From: a virus
Lineage: Duplodnaviria; Caudoviricetes
Strand: one strand, 5' to 3'
Length of the DNA stretch: 30,401 nt
IMG/VR virus record: IMGVR_UViG_3300009167_000024
Location: 1 to 30,401 of that record
Position numbers and translations under genes: made by a program. The notes under the pieces were generated by a model, which was not told the DNA's origin, searched no databases, and was given only the letters and a program-made list of their open reading frames with translations. This document shows positions 25,948 through 30,401 of this stretch, in pieces. Each line of letters opens with the position of its first letter. Positions within the stretch are counted from its first letter, which is position 1.

Positions 25948-25971
25948 CCTTCGGTGGGCCGGTGCTACAAT
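25944..25971 (+). promoter_or_regulatory. Promoter with -35 and extended -10
   Basis: TTGACC, 16-nt spacer, TGcTACAAT; upstream of an AAAGGAG RBS. Confidence 0.7.
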
Positions 25972-26014
25972 CGGCCCTGTAAGCGACCCCGAGCAAGAAA
26001 GGAGAGTGGTCGCC

Positions 26015-26272
26015 ATGGTTGCCAAGTACGTCATCGTCGTGTTCCTCGATGCCGCGGGATGTCCTACCGCCGTTCGCATCGGGAACACCCCTCAGGGAGA
26101 TGTCATCGACATCGCCCAAGAGAGCATTGAGGCGCTGGCAGAGGAAGACCCGATGCTGGCGATGCTCACCACGAACGTCCATGTCATCCCGGCTGACGGC
26201 GATCTGGACGTGCTGACCTACCACTTCGACGTTCTCACGCCGAGCGTCACCTACCACGTCAGAAGGTCGTGA
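26015..26272 (+). CDS. Hypothetical protein
   Basis: AAAGGAG RBS before ATG 26015; high-GC3 codon usage. Confidence 0.65.
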   Translation: MVAKYVIVVFLDAAGCPTAVRIGNTPQGDVIDIAQESIEALAEEDPMLAMLTTNVHVIPADGDLDVLTYHFDVLTPSVTYHVRRS

Positions 26273-26273
26273 C

Positions 26274-26591
26274 GTGAAGCGCCAATGCACCGTCCATCAC
26301 GCCTGGCTCGTGGAGCGTGACTACGACGACCCCCATCGAGGCAAGATCGTCGCGATGGGGCCGCAATGCGCCGACCCGGTGCTGGTCGCCGCTCTGCTGC
26401 GGGGCGAGGGGAGACCCTTCGTGCTGCGCGACTTCCAGAAGTGCCCGCTGTACGCGGGGCGCTTCATCGCTGACCTGAACGAAGAGGACAGCGAGTTCAG
26501 TGATGCCCCACTCACCGAGTACGGGGAGAGCCTGGGGGCACGCACCATCGACTACACTCACCCCGACATCAGGGAGGCCCACGATGCGTAA
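26274..26591 (+). CDS. Hypothetical protein
   Basis: 105 aa, tightly packed between neighbours, typical codon usage. Confidence 0.6.
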   Translation: MKRQCTVHHAWLVERDYDDPHRGKIVAMGPQCADPVLVAALLRGEGRPFVLRDFQKCPLYAGRFIADLNEEDSEFSDAPLTEYGESLGARTIDYTHPDIREAHDA

Positions 26592-27093
26592 TCCTTGGTT
26601 CAATGACGTGCTGGCGCTCATGCTTCAGACGCATGACCGCAAGAACCACGACTACGCGACCGACGACAACCCCTTCAGCAACTTTGAGGCTGCGGCCCAG
26701 TACGCCGGGGTATCGGTGCAAACCGTCTTCGACGTGCTGCTCGGGGTGAAGCAAGCCCGGCTCGCGGAACTGACTTCCACCACCAAGGCTCCCAACTGCG
26801 AGTCCATCGAGGACACGCGCCTCGACCGTGCGGTATACGCTGCGCTGTCTGTGGCCTACGAAGCCTACCGCTACTCGGGCACGGGGTTGCCGTATGACGT
26901 GACGCCCGGCCAGATGTGGGAAGAGACTGTCTATCCCCTCATGACGATAACGGGGCAGATGAGCCTGGATGACATCAACGTGCCCGATCTGCCCCAAGAC
27001 CCCTACATCATGGAGGACCGGGAAGAGGCCCACTTCAAGCGACACCTGGAAGCACAGGAGATGGAGAGGGCAGAGCATGACACCGAAGAGTGA
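26584..27093 (+). CDS. Nucleotide-modification-associated domain protein (Nmad1/DUF1599- or DUF6378-like, all-alpha MazG-like)
   Basis: RKNHDYA...PFSNF, K.ARL and ESIEDT.LD.AVYA motifs; GGAGG RBS before ATG 26584. Confidence 0.7.
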   Translation: MRNPWFNDVLALMLQTHDRKNHDYATDDNPFSNFEAAAQYAGVSVQTVFDVLLGVKQARLAELTSTTKAPNCESIEDTRLDRAVYAALSVAYEAYRYSGTGLPYDVTPGQMWEETVYPLMTITGQMSLDDINVPDLPQDPYIMEDREEAHFKRHLEAQEMERAEHDTEE

Positions 27094-27232
27094 AGGCTGG
27101 CTCAGGTGGAAGTGCCCGAAGTGCGGCGACCCCTACAAGTCGCCCATTCCTATCAAGGGGCGCAGCCACCCCTGCCCCGCGGACTACAATCGAACCACGG
27201 CCTACCAACCAGTGAAAGAAGGCAAGCCATGA
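27077..27232 (+). CDS. Small Zn-ribbon protein
   Basis: WKCPKCG...HPC; overlaps both neighbours. Confidence 0.6.
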   Translation: MTPKSEGWLRWKCPKCGDPYKSPIPIKGRSHPCPADYNRTTAYQPVKEGKP

Positions 27233-27846
27233 GTGACAAGCCCCTCTTCTTTGTGAGCCTCGATCTGGAGACATCGGGCACCGACCATGACCTGAGTGTG
27301 CCCATCCAGATCGGCCTCGCTGTGGGAGCCTACAACAACAACGTCAAGGACTCCCTCATCGGTGGCTGGGACTGGAACAAGTACGAGTGGGACGCGGAAG
27401 CGGAGAAGGTGCATGGCATCGAACAGGTTCTCATAGACCTTCAGCCTGGGGCGACCCTCGTGGACGGGATGATGGCGATGTGGCTATGGGAGAGGCTGCC
27501 CGACCATGCGCGCCGCTCCCGGCAATACGTCGTGCCTCTCGGGTGGAACGTGGCCGGGTTCGATATGCCCTTCGTGCGCAAGCACCTGCCTCACCTGGCA
27601 AGCATGTTCTCCTACCGTGCCCTCGACCTGAACTCCGTGTGCTTCTTCCTCGGCGGCGAGGACAAGTGGCGGCAGATGAAGTCGCAGGCCAAGGATGGTG
27701 GTATCGACATCATCCGTGAACTCAACGGCGGGCCAAGTAGCCCTGACGACTACGCCTCGCTCGCCCACGATGCAGGTTTCGACGCACAGTGGGCGATGGC
27801 AGCCTATCACTGGCTGAGGGATGTGTATGCCACCCCCCTCTTCTAA
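27229..27846 (+). CDS. DEDDh 3'-5' exonuclease (DnaQ/oligoribonuclease-like)
   Basis: ExoI LDLETSG, ExoII GWNVAGFD, ExoIII HDAGFDA; start at ATG 27229. Confidence 0.88.
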   Translation: MSDKPLFFVSLDLETSGTDHDLSVPIQIGLAVGAYNNNVKDSLIGGWDWNKYEWDAEAEKVHGIEQVLIDLQPGATLVDGMMAMWLWERLPDHARRSRQYVVPLGWNVAGFDMPFVRKHLPHLASMFSYRALDLNSVCFFLGGEDKWRQMKSQAKDGGIDIIRELNGGPSSPDDYASLAHDAGFDAQWAMAAYHWLRDVYATPLF

Positions 27847-28051
27847 GTGCGTGTGGTGTGATGACCCCGTACCCAAGGACGGGGACACCTGCTCGTTCCA
27901 TTGCTACGAGATGTGGTATGCTTGGTACGAGCGCACCGCTGAGATAGTGGGCGGCTCCAAGTTGCTGTTCCTGCGGGAGTGCGAGCAGGTGCCGAACCCA
28001 CTGGACGAGCAACCGTGGTACCGCAGGGTGATGGACGGAAAGGAAGGCTGA
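27821..28051 (+). CDS. Small Zn-binding protein
   Basis: CVWC...CSFHC; fills the gap before the nuclease. The start may be ATG 27827. Confidence 0.55.
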   Translation: MCMPPPSSKCVWCDDPVPKDGDTCSFHCYEMWYAWYERTAEIVGGSKLLFLRECEQVPNPLDEQPWYRRVMDGKEG

Positions 28052-28052
28052 C

Positions 28053-28955
28053 ATGACGACACAACTCACCATCCCGATCTGGACACGTTCGACCGACATC
28101 CGAGACCTCTTGGAATGCCAAATGAAGTGGCTCCTGAAGCGCCTCTACGAACCCGACTTCCTGCCGACGTGGAACCCGCTCGGCACGAGCATCCACCATG
28201 GCATCTACCGGGTGCTGGTCGAGGGAATCGACATCGAGGAAGCCATCGAGAGCGCCGCCGACCTCATCAACGAACTGCTGGCGAACGGTGTGAACCGTGG
28301 CCTACTTATCCAAGGTACCAAGCGAAGGACGGAAGCCACTATCTTTGCAGACGCCGAGAGGATGATACGCAAGTGGTGGCAGGCCGTCATCGTGGGCGAG
28401 GTAGAGGTCTACCAGAGCCTTGATCTTGACAAGGCTCAAGGTGAGGTCAAGGTCACGGTGCCCGCAGGCACCAACGGCTCGATGGCCCCACTCAGCACCA
28501 CCATCGACGCCATCATCCCCCTGGACGACCGGACCGATGTGGAGTGCGCCATCGTGGACTGGAAGAGCGGGGCTACGGCCAGCGCCAACCCGCTCCAACT
28601 CTACACCTACCTGTACGCCGCCCGGCATGACCCCAACTCACCGCTCTACGAAGTTGCCCCCGAGCGGGTGGAACTCTGGTTCCACCATCTCGACTTCGGC
28701 AAGATTCAGCGCGCCGAGAACTACCCCGGCGACGACTACATCAGGAACATGCTGCGATGGACAGAGGCGACCAAGCGCAGCATGAGAGACACCGGATTCG
28801 CCCCCGCCCACGCGGACTGGTACTGCGACTACTGCACCGTCCGCTCGCATTGCCCGGCCTGGAGCGGAGACCTCCGCTCCATCACCAGGGATGCTAGAAT
28901 GACGACCCTCGACTTCGTACCCGAACCGGAGGACTCCGATGGACGCGAAGAATAA
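28053..28955 (+). CDS. Cas4/RecB-like PD-(D/E)XK exonuclease with Fe-S cysteines
   Basis: N-terminal Cys (ECQMKW), GTSIH, TIDAI, IVDWKSG, QLYTY and C-terminal CDYC.....C. Confidence 0.85.
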   Translation: MTTQLTIPIWTRSTDIRDLLECQMKWLLKRLYEPDFLPTWNPLGTSIHHGIYRVLVEGIDIEEAIESAADLINELLANGVNRGLLIQGTKRRTEATIFADAERMIRKWWQAVIVGEVEVYQSLDLDKAQGEVKVTVPAGTNGSMAPLSTTIDAIIPLDDRTDVECAIVDWKSGATASANPLQLYTYLYAARHDPNSPLYEVAPERVELWFHHLDFGKIQRAENYPGDDYIRNMLRWTEATKRSMRDTGFAPAHADWYCDYCTVRSHCPAWSGDLRSITRDARMTTLDFVPEPEDSDGREE

Positions 28956-29397
28956 GCAGATCACCTATCAGGTGGCATGGAAGGGTGCCGTGGAACTCGT
29001 TGCCAACGGCATCGTGGAACTCACCACGGATGACGTGGGCGCTGAGGTCAAGGAACTGGCCGATGCGCTGGCCGCTCCGCTCTTCAAGGTGCTGGAAGGC
29101 TACGAGGCCGATGCCCCTTCTACGACGGGGCGGGCGTCCTCAACGACCCGCCGCAGCACCAGCACCACACGAAGCCAGAGTGGTACGGCCCGTTCTAGCA
29201 GCAAGACGGACGACCGCTGGGAACTCACTGAGGAAGCCTGCCCCAACGAGGGGTGCGACGGGGTGCTGCTCCACAACACCACCGACCGCGGCCCCGAGTG
29301 GCAATGCTCCAAGGTGCAGCGCGTGAAGCGCGGTACCAAGTGGGTTGACGTTGGCACCTGCGACTACATGGACTGGGGAGCCAACAGCAACCAGTAG
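28939..29397 (+). CDS. Hypothetical DNA-metabolism protein (Ser/Thr/Arg linker, C-terminal Zn finger); possible ssDNA-binding or recombination partner
   Basis: GGAGG RBS; CPNEGC...WQC...C; lies between the exonuclease and helicase. Function inferred from position. Confidence 0.55.
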   Translation: MDAKNKQITYQVAWKGAVELVANGIVELTTDDVGAEVKELADALAAPLFKVLEGYEADAPSTTGRASSTTRRSTSTTRSQSGTARSSSKTDDRWELTEEACPNEGCDGVLLHNTTDRGPEWQCSKVQRVKRGTKWVDVGTCDYMDWGANSNQ

Positions 29398-29631
29398 GAG
29401 TCGGTGCGCCGAGGGTTGCTGGCCCTCCGCGGGGGACGACCAGCGACAAAGCCCCTTTCAGGGGCGGTGGCCGGGGCGTTAGGTTCCCCGGCATGGGCGG
29501 GAGCCAACGACGGTTGGCAGTAGGCGCACCAAGTCCTCGCCAGACGGAGCAGCCGGGCCGTCATCCCCGGCGAAGGGGCAGTAGGGTGTTCCTTTCCACC
29601 CGTTGATCGTCCTGCGCCTGGCGAGCAAGTC
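29398..29631 (+). ncRNA. Candidate two-domain structured RNA
   Basis: Two perfect 8-bp closing helices enclosing six internal hairpins; details in findings. Confidence 0.55.
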
Positions 29632-29643
29632 ACGGAGGCCGGT

Positions 29644-30401
29644 GTGAGAACCCTGAGCAGAGCCATAGCCAACCCAGCCGCCGCAGGCCGTGAGATTGCG
29701 CTGCCCTGGCGACGCATGGGGCAGATCGTCACCCTGCGGACAATGGAGTTGGTGGTTGTGGCCGGTGCCCCTGGGGGTGGGAAGTCCACACTGGCAGCGA
29801 ACATGGCGATGGGGATGCGCGTGCCGCTGCTCTACTGCGCTCAGGATTCCCCGGCCTCCGTCCTCTCTCGGATGACGGCTCTCGCCCTCGGGCGGGAGAC
29901 ACATGATGTCACCAGCGCCATCGCCAATCCCGATACGAGGGGCGGGTTGGTAGACGAGATGAAGGAGGTACGGCCCACTCTCGTCTTCCACCGGGGAGCA
30001 GTATCGGTGGACGACGTGGGGGAGATGGCGCTGGGACTTGTCGAATGGATTGGGGCGGCACCGCCCGTCATCGTCGTGGACAACCTGATCGACATGATCG
30101 TGCCAGGGTACACGCACCACGACCCGCAGTTCTACGCGGCGGTGCTGCCTCAGTTCAAGCGGCTCGCTCAGTCCCTCGACACGGCCATCGTCCTGCTCCA
30201 CCACGTCACTCGTGGTGAGTGGGCCACCGGCCAGAAGCCCCTCACCATGAACAGCCTGCTCTTCGCCGGGGAACGCGAAGCACGGCATGTGTGGGGCGTC
30301 TACAACAACGGGGCAGACACCCTACATATCCAAGTTCTGAAGCAACAAGACGGACCCGCCGACCCCAACGGCTCCCTGGAGATAGCGCTCCGCTGGTTCC
30401 C
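29644..30401 (+). CDS. dnaB: DnaB-like (SF4) replicative helicase, truncated by the window edge
   Basis: Not in the ORF track. From GTG 29644 (GGAGG at 29634-38): MRTLSRA...VVAGAPGGGKST (Walker A), VIVVDNL (Walker B), IVLLHHV, VLKQQDG. Confidence 0.9.
   Translation, partial: MRTLSRAIANPAAAGREIALPWRRMGQIVTLRTMELVVVAGAPGGGKSTLAANMAMGMRVPLLYCAQDSPASVLSRMTALALGRETHDVTSAIANPDTRGGLVDEMKEVRPTLVFHRGAVSVDDVGEMALGLVEWIGAAPPVIVVDNLIDMIVPGYTHHDPQFYAAVLPQFKRLAQSLDTAIVLLHHVTRGEWATGQKPLTMNSLLFAGEREARHVWGVYNNGADTLHIQVLKQQDGPADPNGSLEIALRWF

Noticed and set aside
28053-28955. Cas4-like nuclease as evidence of a CRISPR-Cas system
   Set aside because: Stand-alone Cas4/RecB-like nucleases are common in phage replication modules; no array or other cas genes are present.
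29403-29531. tRNA or tmRNA reading of RNA domain 1, which ends in ACCA
   Set aside because: No TTC T-loop or proper D and anticodon arms, about 129 nt long, and the CC is paired in the closing helix.

Overview
The window is part of a high-GC tailed dsDNA phage genome, probably podovirus-like and most consistent with an Actinomycetota host (TCGAAC-N4-GTTCGA boxes, probable leaderless gene). It has two divergent arms. The minus-strand arm (20444 to 1) carries three small Arg-rich proteins, a lytic transglycosylase, holin, large terminase, portal, a ~2,600-aa probable ejection protein, two more probable ejection proteins (one an M23 peptidase with a peptidoglycan-binding domain), scaffold, major capsid, a small head protein, a glycosyltransferase and a truncated NAD-dependent epimerase. 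The plus-strand arm starts with a compositionally distinct operon (21016-25148) with its own sigma70-type promoter and terminator, encoding a Zn-ribbon-decorated amidoligase, a class II glutamine amidotransferase and Cys-rich proteins. It continues with DNA-metabolism genes: resolvase-like nuclease, DEDDh exonuclease, Cas4/RecB-like nuclease and a truncated DnaB helicase. The most notable non-coding signals are three perfect LexA/SOS boxes between the arms, a two-domain structured RNA candidate upstream of the helicase, window-wide absence of several restriction-type motifs, and a recurring CGGTGCTAnnnT promoter motif. No integrase, repressor, tRNA or CRISPR array was seen. All calls are by eye from motifs; no searches were run.
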